DNA of 64,000 nucleotides from Thermoproteota archaeon. Lineage in GTDB: Archaea > Thermoproteota > Thermoprotei_A > Sulfolobales > Ignisphaeraceae. The notes beneath the pieces are model-generated. The model saw only the letters and a list, made by a program, of their open reading frames with translations, was not told the DNA's origin and ran no database searches. Shown here piece by piece: positions 40,551 to 51,192 of the stretch. The translations under genes and the position numbers were made by a program. The DNA lies in NCBI GenBank assembly GCA_030550585.1, contig JAUQPB010000001.1, positions 1 through 64,000 of the forward strand, written 5' to 3'. Within the stretch, counting starts at the first letter, position 1. Each line of letters begins with the position of its first letter.

Positions 40551-40616
40551 AATCCTATGGCTACGCAAATCTTAAATTATGAAAAATATAGTGTATAATA
40601 CTGTGTGTGATAGTGA

Positions 40617-41680
40617 TTGGAGGCATCGTGGATTTGTAGGTCTTGTGGTTTTCGTGCTAACATATTTGATGGCTATTATTGGAGGTGCCCTGTTTGCGGA
40701 TCCCCGATAGATATATCTTATGAGCCTGTCTATGAGTTTGGTGGTAGGGGTCTTGATAGGTTTCGTGGTTTGCTTCCTTTTACGCCTGATAGGTATAGGG
40801 GTGAGGGGGAGACAAAGCTTGTTGAGGAGACCATTGATGGTGTTAAGCTGTTGCTTAAGCTTGAGTATATGAATCCGAGTGGCAGTTTTAAGGATAGGGG
40901 ATCAGCTCTATCCATCTACTATGCCTATAGAATGGGTTTTAGAAGAGTGGTGGAGGACTCGAGTGGAAACGCGGGTTTGTCGGTAGCTCTATACTCATTG
41001 GTCTACGGGCTAAAACCAACGATAATTATACCCAAAACTGTTTCTAGATCTAAGAGAGATCTGATTAGAGTTGTGGGAGGAGATGTTGTAGAGGTTGACA
41101 CAAGGCGTGATGCCGCTCTCTACGCTGCTAAACTATCTTTGACAGGATTCTATGTTGCTCATACATGGAGTCCTCTATACATATACGGCTCAGCAACAAT
41201 AGCATTTGAAGTGTATGAAGAGGTGGGCGAGCCCGATGCTGTAATAGCCCCAGCAGGTTCTGGGGGATTGTTGCTAGGCATTATAAAGGGTTTTGAAATT
41301 CTCAAAAAGCTTGGAAAGGGAAAAAGGTTCCCCGGCCCATAGCAGTCCAAGGCTACAGTGTTCAGCCAATATTCAAAGAGGTTAAAGGGTTCGAATCAGC
41401 TGGAGAGGAATCAACTCTAGCAGAGGGAATAATGGTTCAAAACCCACCAAGACTAAAAGAGGTGGCTAAAGCGATTAAAATGTATGATGGGGATGTAATA
41501 CTAGTTGGAAACAGCGAAATAAGAAAAGCCCTTGAGAATCTAATTGACATGGGATTCTTAGTAGAACCAACATCTGCCACAGTATATGCAGCATTTGAGA
41601 AGATCAAAGAGAAGTTGAGAGGACTTAGGATACTTGTTCCACTTACCGGATCAGGACTGAAGATGGTTCAAGAACTATAG
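40617..41680 (+). pseudogene. Threonine synthase-like PLP enzyme with a frameshift near 41320
   Basis: NPSGSFKDRG and SSGNAG; continues in the -1 frame as KVPRPIAVQ...EPTSA...LTGSGLK. Confidence 0.8.
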
Positions 41681-41813
41681 AAACATGATTAGGGCGGTCC
41701 AGCACCGAAAGCCCTCAGCACATTTTGATTGCATATTACACTATGGCTATAGGCCTTAACACAAAATATAATGATAAAAACAATTGAGAATATTGATGTA
41801 GAAATCTATACTT

Positions 41814-42503
41814 TTACGCAACCCCCTTTCTAACGCTTTCGATATATCTTGCTATGTCTGCAAACTCTGTTTTTCGCTGTGTTCTTGGTTTCCCAATAGG
41901 TATTATGTACATTGGTGTCTCGCCACTTTTCAGAGTTAATATCTCGGCAACTCTTCTATCATCAAATGCTCCTATAGCGACTGTTCCAAGGCCTAGGGTT
42001 GTTGCCATCAGATATATGTTTTGCCCTGCATGACCCACATCCATAGGCACATATCTTGTTCTACCCCTCTCGCCATAGAATCTAGTTGTTCTTTCAAAAA
42101 CAGCTGTTATCACAATGTCTATGGGTGCTTCTCTAACCCATGGCTGATTCAAAGCCGCTTTTGATAGAGCCTCTCTATAGTCCCCATGCTTTATCAGTTC
42201 AATTGCATGTGCTCTATCGTTGTATTTGTATATTGCTGGTTCTAGGTATGTACTATTTGTTAAAACACTTTTCTCTCCGACGACAACATATATTTCTAGT
42301 GGGTATGTTGCTCCAGCGCTTGGAGATGATCTAAAACCGTGTTTGGGGTCTGTAACTCCATAGGCAGCCCACAAAAGCATTGAAAGCTGCTCAACTGTTA
42401 TGGGATCAGGTGAAAACTCTCTAACACTTCTCCTCAAAAGAATAGCCTCCTCAACAGAAACGCTAGAAACCTTTTTAGGGAAAGGCAGTAGTATTATGGT
42501 CAA
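41814..42503 (-). CDS. SagB/ThcOx-family nitroreductase-like dehydrogenase
   Basis: RRSVREF, SPSAGATYPLE, GHAGQNIYL, IGAFDD. Confidence 0.9.
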   Translation of the reverse strand: MTIILLPFPKKVSSVSVEEAILLRRSVREFSPDPITVEQLSMLLWAAYGVTDPKHGFRSSPSAGATYPLEIYVVVGEKSVLTNSTYLEPAIYKYNDRAHAIELIKHGDYREALSKAALNQPWVREAPIDIVITAVFERTTRFYGERGRTRYVPMDVGHAGQNIYLMATTLGLGTVAIGAFDDRRVAEILTLKSGETPMYIIPIGKPRTQRKTEFADIARYIESVRKGVA

Positions 42504-43228
42504 ACTTGAGTCACCTCAAATTGTTTATAGATCTTCTCAAGCTCTTTCACAGCTACTTCAAGCTCATCAATGTTATTAATACCAGCTGTAATAACGATAT
42601 CGTTATTCTCTGAAATATCTGGTCTTGCATACCTTGGTTTAAATAATTCAACAGTTCTTTTTATGAATAAGAGGTTTTGCACATTTGTAATGTCATTAGC
42701 ATATTTTGCGATACCCTCACCCTCCAGATGCATGCCATATTCCTCAACATAAACATTGAACGAAATTCTGTTTCTGCCACTATATTTATATGCACTAACA
42801 ATTTTTTCGCCGTTTCTCAATGGAGTTGCAACTCTATAACCCAAGTCTTGGAGTTTTTTCACAACGTCTTTGAATCTTTCATCAATTACATGCTCAAATA
42901 CTTCAACGGGCCCACTCCAACCAGCAATTGTGTGCAGAGCATCCACCACAGCACCAATATGTATCACTGGTGTGTAGGGCTGTGAAAAGCCGTGGAACAT
43001 GCATATAGCTTTTTGTGGTGGCCAATAGTATACACCTCCCCTCTTAACACGGTATACAAAATCTTTTTCGCTGAAATCTATTTTTATTGGCGATGGAAAG
43101 CATATCTCTTGTTTCCATGTAGTAGCCTCAGATTTAAATGGAATATAAGACTTTATACAATTGCTATGATTCTCAACATCTATCACAAGAGAGCTATTTG
43201 TATTCTTAAAAAGCACCTCTAAAAGCAT
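42500..43228 (-). CDS. Cyclophilin-like fold (DUF369-like) protein with extra C-terminal domain
   Basis: WKQEICF, GVYYWPP.KAICMFHG. Confidence 0.65.
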   Translation of the reverse strand: MLLEVLFKNTNSSLVIDVENHSNCIKSYIPFKSEATTWKQEICFPSPIKIDFSEKDFVYRVKRGGVYYWPPQKAICMFHGFSQPYTPVIHIGAVVDALHTIAGWSGPVEVFEHVIDERFKDVVKKLQDLGYRVATPLRNGEKIVSAYKYSGRNRISFNVYVEEYGMHLEGEGIAKYANDITNVQNLLFIKRTVELFKPRYARPDISENNDIVITAGINNIDELEVAVKELEKIYKQFEVTQV

Positions 43229-43286
43229 ATTTCTAGGCCTCTAAAAATTCTGTGCCCCTGATGTATAAGCAAAGCAGTTTTATTAT

Positions 43287-44030
43287 CTACCTTTTCTTTT
43301 TCTTTGGGGCTGATATCTTAACCCTAGCTATTTCAGTAGATTTATATGCATCAAGTGCTACGAAGGTTATAATGGCTATTCCAAAGCCTATTAGAGCGGC
43401 CGCCACAAACATCCCTCTGGCGTCTACGCCACACACATATCTTATCTCTCTTTGGTTCCAGCTAGATGGTGACAAATCGAATTTTATCGATGGTGAGGAT
43501 TCGAATGAGAGGGCTGAGATATTGAATGAAACAACCCTGAATTTAGACGATGCGTTGATCTCAATTGTGTAAACGCCTTTTGGCATTGAGGGTGGCGATA
43601 GGAAGAATTTGCTGTCTGAAACAGTCGATGTGTTGTACTGCAAGGGTATGTACAGCAACGTGGCATTTTTACTATCCCTCACTGTTATCGATCCTGTAAC
43701 ATTCTTCGACTCAGACACTATGTCGTATTTCACTAGAAATGGTGAGACAGCTGATGTATTCAAAGAGATTGTGTCTCTATATGTTTCGCCAGGGCTTAGC
43801 GTCACATTTGATATCTTTCCAAAAACTATTGTGACGTACTGTGTGTAGTTGCTGAGCAGAGATAAGACGCCTTCGAATTTGTTTGGTACTGAGACATATG
43901 TTGAACACGACTTTAAGTCGATACCGTAGTTAGATAGTATTAGCACCCATCCAATAACAAAGGCTAGGATCCCCGTGGCTATTAGGACAACAGCTACATC
44001 TCTACTCAACATAATGCGCCACCCAATCAA
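43287..44030 (-). CDS. Hypothetical membrane protein (N- and C-terminal TM)
   Basis: ORF with two TM segments flanking a Ser/Thr-rich domain. Confidence 0.7.
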   Translation of the reverse strand: MIGWRIMLSRDVAVVLIATGILAFVIGWVLILSNYGIDLKSCSTYVSVPNKFEGVLSLLSNYTQYVTIVFGKISNVTLSPGETYRDTISLNTSAVSPFLVKYDIVSESKNVTGSITVRDSKNATLLYIPLQYNTSTVSDSKFFLSPPSMPKGVYTIEINASSKFRVVSFNISALSFESSPSIKFDLSPSSWNQREIRYVCGVDARGMFVAAALIGFGIAIITFVALDAYKSTEIARVKISAPKKKKR

Positions 44031-44119
44031 TTTATCAATCTAGTAGGTATAGCAAGGGTTAAAGTATATATACTTTTTCCTTAGCCACAGTTTATCACGC
44101 AATAAAAAAGGGGCTAAAA

Positions 44120-46069
44120 ATGTCTGTAGCAATAGATGATGGCATCATTTTAATTGATGGGGAATTCAAGTTTTTGCTAGGTGTTAACTATTGGCCCAGA
44201 AAATTGAATATTAGAATGTGGAGGGACTGGAATGAGGATGCGATTAAAGAGGATTTGAAGTTGATGAGATCTCTTGGTATCAGGGCTGTCAGATTCTTTA
44301 TAAAGAACGAAGATTTTGCTGATGAAGATGCAAACGTTTTTCCAGATGCGCTGAGAAAGCTGGGGAGGTTTCTGGATCTGCTAAGAGAAAACGGCTTAAT
44401 TGGCTTTCCAACTCTTATTGTGGGGCACATGAGTGGGAAGAACTGGGAGATTCCATGGCTAAAACCGGAGGAGATCTACACCTCTCACGGAATTGAAAAG
44501 ACTATAAGATTTGTAGAGGCTATAGTCAAAAGCTTTTCTGACCATCCATCGATCAAGGGGTGGATTCTAAGCAACGAGCTTAGTCTTGTTAAAAGGGCTG
44601 AGAAGAGGGAAGAGGCTCTAGCACTTCTAAAACTCTTTTCCAGAACAGTCAAGGAATTGGCAAACAATGTTTTGGTCTCCTCTGGCGATGTGCCAGACAG
44701 CTATTTGCAGGAAACACCAAATGTCAAATCTATTGTAGACTATGTTGGACCCCATCTATATCTATACGACACCGATCCAGTCAGACATGGATATACCTAT
44801 GGAGCTATGATAGAGCTTTTCTCAAATGACGGTACACTACCTGTGATACTAGAGGAGTTTGGTTTTAGCACACACCAATACTCAGAGGAGAGTCAGGCAA
44901 GATTCGTAAACGAGGTTCTATACACATCCCTAGCCCACAGAGCCTCAGGTGCTTTCATATGGTGCTTCTCAGATTTTATCCACGAGAGCGATCCGCCATA
45001 TGAGTGGAGACCTCTTGAACTAGGCTTTGGCATAGTCAGAAAAGACGGTTCTCCAAAGCCTGTTGCAGAAGTTGTGAAGAGGTTTTCAGAGGAGCTAGAA
45101 ACTATTGAGAAGCTCAAGATAAATACTGTGTTTAGGAGAAGACCCGAGGTATCAATTGTATCTCCGTTCTATCTCTTCAAAGACTATGAATTTGTGTGGT
45201 ACAAAAATGCGCTGGACTTTTGGAGGGTTATACAGCCAGTCATAGCCGCAAGCATAATAGCATCTTCTTGTGGGGTGGACAACACAATTGTGTTTGAACT
45301 AGACATAGACAGGGTTGTTAAAAACAAAAAGCTACTGATAATGCCGTCAACTATATTGGCCTTGTCCTCGACATGGAGAAAGCTTCTAGAATATGTAGAT
45401 GGAGGTGGATCGCTATACACATCACTTGTAAAAGGATTTGGAGATTTCAAGGCTTCACACGAATCCGCAACACATCTGTGGACAGAGCTCATGGGAATCG
45501 AAAACATTCTTGAGGCTGGGTCATATGGCTTCGTATACTATGGCAAGATCTCTATAGAGTTTGTCAAGGATCTTGGAGAAATTAGAAAGGGAGAGAAAAT
45601 CGATGTCAACATCCCAATACCGATATACACATATAGGTGTAGAGCCGTTGATGCAGAGGTTATAGCTGTTGATGGCAATGGAGAGCCTGTTATCTTCAGA
45701 GCTAGGAGAGGCAATGGCTATGCATATACATCGACAATACCGATAGAGCTTATAGAAGCTGTTTCAGTGCATATGGACTGGAGTGGGAGGATCCAGAGGC
45801 TATACAAATCAATTGCAGCAGAATCCAATGTGAGCATAGTCTACGAGTCTACATCTCCCGAGGTGGAGGTAAAGCCGTTCTACGGCAGTGGATCAGACAT
45901 AGTCATAGCTGTAAACCACGGCGATAGCAAAACGGTTGAGATTCTGATTAGAAGAGAAGCTAAGAGCATATCGAAAATTGGGGGAGATGCAAAGATTGTT
46001 TCTGCCGAGGGTAGAAAGGCCATTGTTGAAATGCCGAAGAAATCAGCTATTGTCTTGCAAATCACATAA
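44120..46069 (+). CDS. Clan GH-A glycoside hydrolase (GH5-like beta-mannanase/mannosidase)
   Basis: GVNYWP, WILSNE (acid/base), ILEEFG (nucleophile), FIWCFSD. Confidence 0.85.
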   Translation: MSVAIDDGIILIDGEFKFLLGVNYWPRKLNIRMWRDWNEDAIKEDLKLMRSLGIRAVRFFIKNEDFADEDANVFPDALRKLGRFLDLLRENGLIGFPTLIVGHMSGKNWEIPWLKPEEIYTSHGIEKTIRFVEAIVKSFSDHPSIKGWILSNELSLVKRAEKREEALALLKLFSRTVKELANNVLVSSGDVPDSYLQETPNVKSIVDYVGPHLYLYDTDPVRHGYTYGAMIELFSNDGTLPVILEEFGFSTHQYSEESQARFVNEVLYTSLAHRASGAFIWCFSDFIHESDPPYEWRPLELGFGIVRKDGSPKPVAEVVKRFSEELETIEKLKINTVFRRRPEVSIVSPFYLFKDYEFVWYKNALDFWRVIQPVIAASIIASSCGVDNTIVFELDIDRVVKNKKLLIMPSTILALSSTWRKLLEYVDGGGSLYTSLVKGFGDFKASHESATHLWTELMGIENILEAGSYGFVYYGKISIEFVKDLGEIRKGEKIDVNIPIPIYTYRCRAVDAEVIAVDGNGEPVIFRARRGNGYAYTSTIPIELIEAVSVHMDWSGRIQRLYKSIAAESNVSIVYESTSPEVEVKPFYGSGSDIVIAVNHGDSKTVEILIRREAKSISKIGGDAKIVSAEGRKAIVEMPKKSAIVLQIT

Positions 46070-46072
46070 CTT

Positions 46073-46903
46073 TTATCTGGATCCAAACACCCTGCTTATC
46101 TCAAGCCAGTCCTCCCTAGACAGTCTCCACCCCATTGCACCGGCATTCTCCTTGACATGCTCTATACTAGCAGCTTTTGGTATTGGGATAACGTTGTCTA
46201 TGCATATAAGCCAGTTTAAAGCTACCTGCACTGCTGTCTTGCCATATTTCCTACCAATATTCTCTAGGTAGGCGTTTCTCGCGAGCTGGCCTCTTTCAAG
46301 TGGTGTGTAAGCCATGTACATAAGACCCTCTCGCTGTGCATATGGTATAACATCTTTTTCATCGTCTCTATGAAGCAAGCTGAAATGGTTTTGTACTGCA
46401 ACAACATCGTATTTCTTTGTACATGACCTAGCCTCCTCTATTCCCCTCACAGAGAAGTTTGAAAGCCCATAGAATCTTATAACACCATCGTCAACAAGCT
46501 TCTCAAAAGCCTTTATAGTTTCGCATATTGGTGCAGCATCGCTTGGCCAGTGGAGGAGATATAGGTCTATGTATGTCCCCAGCCTCTTAGAGCTTGCCAC
46601 AGCAGATTTCAGCACATTATCGTATGAGGCATTGGAGGGCCAAACCTTTGAAACTATGAAAAGCTCATCTCTTTTGAAACCCCTTATAGCTAGACCCACA
46701 ATCTCCTCGGCATGTCCACCACCATACATTTCAGCAGTGTCTATAAGTGTCATACCAAGCTCTATACCCTTTCTCAAAGCCTCTACCCACTCCCTATCCA
46801 TCGAATAGTCTGGCACCCAATAACCGCCGCCAATGCCCCATGTACCCATGCCCAACGAAGATACACAGCCAATTTTATTAAAGCATTTAACATCTTTAGC
46901 CAT
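46073..46903 (-). CDS. Aldo/keto reductase
   Basis: GMGTWG, IDTAEMYG, DLYLLHWP, IPIPKA. Confidence 0.94.
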   Translation of the reverse strand: MAKDVKCFNKIGCVSSLGMGTWGIGGGYWVPDYSMDREWVEALRKGIELGMTLIDTAEMYGGGHAEEIVGLAIRGFKRDELFIVSKVWPSNASYDNVLKSAVASSKRLGTYIDLYLLHWPSDAAPICETIKAFEKLVDDGVIRFYGLSNFSVRGIEEARSCTKKYDVVAVQNHFSLLHRDDEKDVIPYAQREGLMYMAYTPLERGQLARNAYLENIGRKYGKTAVQVALNWLICIDNVIPIPKAASIEHVKENAGAMGWRLSREDWLEISRVFGSR

Positions 46904-47001
46904 GGTCTACCACCAAAAAACTGTTATCCAAGCCCAGCTATGCACAATATGTAGAACTGTGCTTATCTCTTTAAAAAATCTAAGCCCTATGAGCTCTATC
47001 C

Positions 47002-47730
47002 TCAGCTCACATACTCATAGACTTGGTCTACAACATCTTGGAAACTCTTCGATCTTCTATCCCTAGGCCTTGGCAACTTAACCTCAATTATTTTAGTTAT
47101 CTTCGCTGGTCTCGGCGTCAGTATCACTATCCTATCTGCCATGAGCACAGCCTCCTCAACATTGTGAGTGACCATAACTATGCTCTTAACTGTTGTTACC
47201 CCAGATAGCCATATATCGAGTATCTCGGCCCTGAGAGCCTCAGCTGTTAGCGGATCTAGCTGCGAGAACGGCTCATCCATTAGAAGTATTGTGGGCTCAA
47301 CAACAAGCGCTCTAGCAATGTTCACCCTCTGCCTCATACCACCGCTGAGCTCCTGTGGATAGAAGTCCTCAAAGCCATTGAGACCGACGAGAGATAGATA
47401 CTTCAAGGCCTTTTCCCTTGCAACCTTTTTGTCAACACCTTTTGCAATGAGGGGGAGGGCAACATTGTCTACAACTGTTAGCCAGGGTAGCAGGGTAGGG
47501 GATTGGAAAACAAATCCATAGACAAGGTTTCCAACTGTTTTTATCTCACCGCTGTCAGCCTTCTCAACACCTGCTATAATTCTAAGCAGAGTCGATTTTC
47601 CACAGCCAGATGGACCTAGAATGGCTATGAACTCCTCGCCAATGTCAAGTGTTATACCATCTAATACCCTGAGGACTTTGCCTCCTTCGCCAAAGCTTTT
47701 AACGATATTGATGAGGCTAACAAGGGCCAT
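47002..47730 (-). CDS. NitT/TauT-type ABC ATP-binding protein
   Basis: GPSGCGKST, LSGGMRQRV, MDEPFS. Confidence 0.93.
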   Translation of the reverse strand: MALVSLINIVKSFGEGGKVLRVLDGITLDIGEEFIAILGPSGCGKSTLLRIIAGVEKADSGEIKTVGNLVYGFVFQSPTLLPWLTVVDNVALPLIAKGVDKKVAREKALKYLSLVGLNGFEDFYPQELSGGMRQRVNIARALVVEPTILLMDEPFSQLDPLTAEALRAEILDIWLSGVTTVKSIVMVTHNVEEAVLMADRIVILTPRPAKITKIIEVKLPRPRDRRSKSFQDVVDQVYEYVS

Positions 47731-47732
47731 GT

Positions 47733-49211
47733 CTATTCAACCACAAAAGACTTTTCAACACGTTTAAAAATCTGCGACCACACAGACTTATTTAACAATA
47801 CTATCATTAGAGCCCACAGAATAACTGTATAGAGAACTATATCATATCTACCTCCATACGTGTATTTGCTTAGCATAGAGCCAACACCACCAAGATCAAT
47901 TGTTGTAGAACCACTCTCAAAATATTCTGCAACTATAGATGCATTCCATGCCCCACCCCAAGCACTTAAAGCGCCAGAGGCTATCGATGGCAGAAGCGAT
48001 GGTATTAGAATATATCTGAAGTAGTTGAATCCTCTTATGCTATAGACCTTTGCCAGCTCTAGAACCTCCATCTTAATCTTTGGCACTCCAAACAACATAA
48101 CATTGAAGAATTCGTACCAGAGAGAACCTTGTAGAAAGACTATGAATGAAACCAGCCAAGATGCTTTGACTGCCAGCGGTGATAGGATAGGCCACCACAG
48201 TATAGCTGGTATAGATGCTAGGATCTCGCCTACAATAGCTATTATCGGGCCCAAGCCCTTTACAAGAGAGAGATATGCCATGACAATTGTTATCATAAAA
48301 GAGACTACCACTACTAGACTAACTCTAGCAAGAGAGATTAGGAAGTTTGTCATAAACTCTAATATGAATAAAGGACTTTTCTGCAAGTTTGCAACGACAT
48401 TGATGTATAGAAGAGGTAGGGTTAGTAGTGGAACAGCAATAACCATGTTATGCTTTGCCATGCCCTTGGACTCAAACTTTATTCCGAGATGCATGATATG
48501 CTCCCAAACAATAGACACAAATCTATAGATGTAGTAGAACGCTCTATGCCATGCTGGAAGCAGGTGATGCTGTATCACCAGATTTGTGGCTGGATTGAAT
48601 ATGAGTAGATAAGATGCTATAATAATTGCAAACAGAACTGCTGTAGCAATGTAAAATTCTAGCATGTCTCCCTTGCTATACAAGTCCATTATTAGAGAGC
48701 CTATGCCTAGAAGCTTGTACTCCTCGGATCCAGCCGATATGACCTCTGCTGATGTTAGGAAAAACCATCCTCCAGCCCACGAAATTATGCTGTTAGCAGC
48801 TATAGCTGCTCTAGCCGCCGGCACATATATGTATGCAATTCTAGAAAATGTTTTGAGTCTGTATACACTAGCCATGTGAAACATGTTAGGATCTAAAGAC
48901 TTTACAGAAGTGTAGACACCGAATATCATGTTCCATAGAAGACTGGTTGTTATTAGAAAGATTGCTGCAAGTTCTAGTCCAATACTTTTAGGGAGGAAAG
49001 ACACGAAAATCACAATTGCTATTGGGAAGAAGCCTAGTATTGGAATGGACTGGAGAACATCTAGAATAGGCATCAAAATCGCTTCTGCAGTTCTTCTCCT
49101 AGCCATTAGAATACCTAGTGAGATGGCAACTAGAAGAGACAGTATATATGCAGCAAGCATTCTTCCGAAACTCGCCAAAGATGCTAGGACTAGGAGTACA
49201 ACATCCAACAT
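47733..49211 (-). CDS. NitT/TauT-type ABC permease (duplicated)
   Basis: LDVLQSIPILGFFP, WAGGWFFL, GGAWNASIVAE. Confidence 0.9.
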   Translation of the reverse strand: MLDVVLLVLASLASFGRMLAAYILSLLVAISLGILMARRRTAEAILMPILDVLQSIPILGFFPIAIVIFVSFLPKSIGLELAAIFLITTSLLWNMIFGVYTSVKSLDPNMFHMASVYRLKTFSRIAYIYVPAARAAIAANSIISWAGGWFFLTSAEVISAGSEEYKLLGIGSLIMDLYSKGDMLEFYIATAVLFAIIIASYLLIFNPATNLVIQHHLLPAWHRAFYYIYRFVSIVWEHIMHLGIKFESKGMAKHNMVIAVPLLTLPLLYINVVANLQKSPLFILEFMTNFLISLARVSLVVVVSFMITIVMAYLSLVKGLGPIIAIVGEILASIPAILWWPILSPLAVKASWLVSFIVFLQGSLWYEFFNVMLFGVPKIKMEVLELAKVYSIRGFNYFRYILIPSLLPSIASGALSAWGGAWNASIVAEYFESGSTTIDLGGVGSMLSKYTYGGRYDIVLYTVILWALMIVLLNKSVWSQIFKRVEKSFVVE

Positions 49212-49304
49212 CCCAACCTTTTGCAGTGCTCGGTCATTGACATAGATATAACATAGATTTAAAAAGCTCTTTAGATAATTAGATTATTTAGGTGCTTATC
49301 GGAG

Positions 49305-49802
49305 GTGTCAAAAGAGGCAGATAAAAACCTTCGTTTCATCCCACGTGATGTACTCCCAGACCATGTTATAGGGTTGGTAGAGGCATTGTATAGCTTGGGT
49401 GGCTCGGCAGACCCCATGCACATAGGCGATATCACAAGCGAGTCGATAGATGTTCTTCCAAAGGCTATAGATGTTGCAGAAGCGCTGAACCTGTTGAGAT
49501 ATGAGAACGGCTACCTATATATAACAGAGCTTGGTAGAAAGGTTGCTGAAGCCAATGCTAAGAAGCTGAAGAAAATTCTTAGAGAGATTGTTCTATTAAA
49601 CAGAATTGAGCCTCTCTACGAGATCTACACAATACTAAAGGAGAGAAGGGCTATACCTGTAGAAGAGTTTAAAAACATAGTTGAGAAACATTACAGAAGA
49701 ATAAACAGGGATGTTATAAAAAATGTTCTTGTTTGGGGTGCTTATCTAGAGCTCTTCAAAATGAGTGAAGACGACTCACAAATAGTTTTAATACATGACT
49801 AG
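49305..49802 (+). CDS. AAA-associated C-terminal domain protein (partner of NitT/TauT ABC)
   Basis: IGLVEAL...DVLP...AEALNLL...LVWGAYLELF; divergent from the ABC genes. Confidence 0.65.
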   Translation: MSKEADKNLRFIPRDVLPDHVIGLVEALYSLGGSADPMHIGDITSESIDVLPKAIDVAEALNLLRYENGYLYITELGRKVAEANAKKLKKILREIVLLNRIEPLYEIYTILKERRAIPVEEFKNIVEKHYRRINRDVIKNVLVWGAYLELFKMSEDDSQIVLIHD

Positions 49803-49854
49803 TTCTAATACAATGCAGAGTCTTTAATAGCTTCTATGGCAATTACACCATGGT

Positions 49855-51192
49855 TTACATCATATGCTTGGATATGTTTATATTTCTTACAAGCACAAAT
49901 GGTACTTTCGATGGTGTTGAAACCTCCCACCACTGAATTCTGTATAGCTCTCTTCCCACCATCTCAATATTGTTCAATATATTCGATAGTTTGTCCGCTA
50001 TCCTGATTTTTGTAACAGGCCTGGCTATTCTGCCATTCTCTATATAGAATATTGCATCTCTAGCAACAGTGGAGAAGATCCCTTCGACATAGTTCTGAAG
50101 CCTTGTATACCAGTTGTTTGTTACCAAAATGCCTCTCCTAACCTCCGATACCATCTCATCCAATGTCGCATCACCAGGCCTTACAACAATGTTCCACGGT
50201 CTTGGGCTTATCCAACCAGCATTAGCCGTCGAGCTTGCTCCCAGCAACCTAGCCGTTTTTGTGTTATGTAGAAATGTCTTCAGCGTGCCACTCTCTATAA
50301 TCGGCTTGTTGAATGTCTCTAGGGCCTCATCATCAAAGCTTCTGTAACTTGGCAGCTCCCTGTTTCTTGGCTCGTCCAAAATGGTTAGATGCTCTGATGC
50401 GATTCTATCCCCAGGCCTGTTCTTCATGAACATCGACCAGCCCATTATAACCCAGTATGCCGATGCCATCGAAACTATGTAGTCAAGCAGATTGCCGAAT
50501 ACCATGGGGCTTAGAATAACATCGTAAACGCCTGGCTCAATCTCGCTTCTACCTCTAGACTCTACAGCGTATCTAGATGCTATAAAAGCCATTGTCTCAA
50601 GCTCTTTAGTGTCTAGAGATGTTGATGTGAAGCACCATTGTCCACTTCCATCCGGTTCTGCAAATGCTCTGACATAGCTTTGCAGAAACGTCTTTCTCTC
50701 TTCTAGCAATGCCCCCTTAGAAGTTGCTAAAACAGTTTCTGTTTCACCCATTTGAAGCATTCCAGCCACGCTATCTATCTTCTCCCTGTGGGCAGCCTCT
50801 ATAACCATTTCAGCAAACTTGCCGATATTGTCTATATTATTGTGTATCCCCTTGTCGAAGACCTCTTCCCTATATGTAATCTTGCTTGGCTCGGGCAGAG
50901 GTGCATAGATAGGCGATTCCTCTATCCTTCTAGACAACGACAATAGCGTCTCAACTGGTTTGTATAGCTCCTCTAGACTCTTTGGCTCGAATCTGAGAAC
51001 AAATATTCTCTTCTCCTTAGCTAGGTAAAGATCTATTGTAACCCCCTTCCAGTTCTGAACCACACTAACCTCGCTATTAGCTATTTTAGTCATCACCACG
51101 TCTTTAATAGTCGCTTCAATAGCCACATCTTCAAAACCCATTTTGCTAAGTTCGTTCACGAGCCTAGCCACAAAATCAACATCTATGTTCAT
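49855..51192 (-). CDS. pmbA: TldE/PmbA family protein
   Basis: FDDEA, IESGTLKTFLHN, TANAG; follows tldD. Confidence 0.85.
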   Translation of the reverse strand: MNIDVDFVARLVNELSKMGFEDVAIEATIKDVVMTKIANSEVSVVQNWKGVTIDLYLAKEKRIFVLRFEPKSLEELYKPVETLLSLSRRIEESPIYAPLPEPSKITYREEVFDKGIHNNIDNIGKFAEMVIEAAHREKIDSVAGMLQMGETETVLATSKGALLEERKTFLQSYVRAFAEPDGSGQWCFTSTSLDTKELETMAFIASRYAVESRGRSEIEPGVYDVILSPMVFGNLLDYIVSMASAYWVIMGWSMFMKNRPGDRIASEHLTILDEPRNRELPSYRSFDDEALETFNKPIIESGTLKTFLHNTKTARLLGASSTANAGWISPRPWNIVVRPGDATLDEMVSEVRRGILVTNNWYTRLQNYVEGIFSTVARDAIFYIENGRIARPVTKIRIADKLSNILNNIEMVGRELYRIQWWEVSTPSKVPFVLVRNINISKHMM

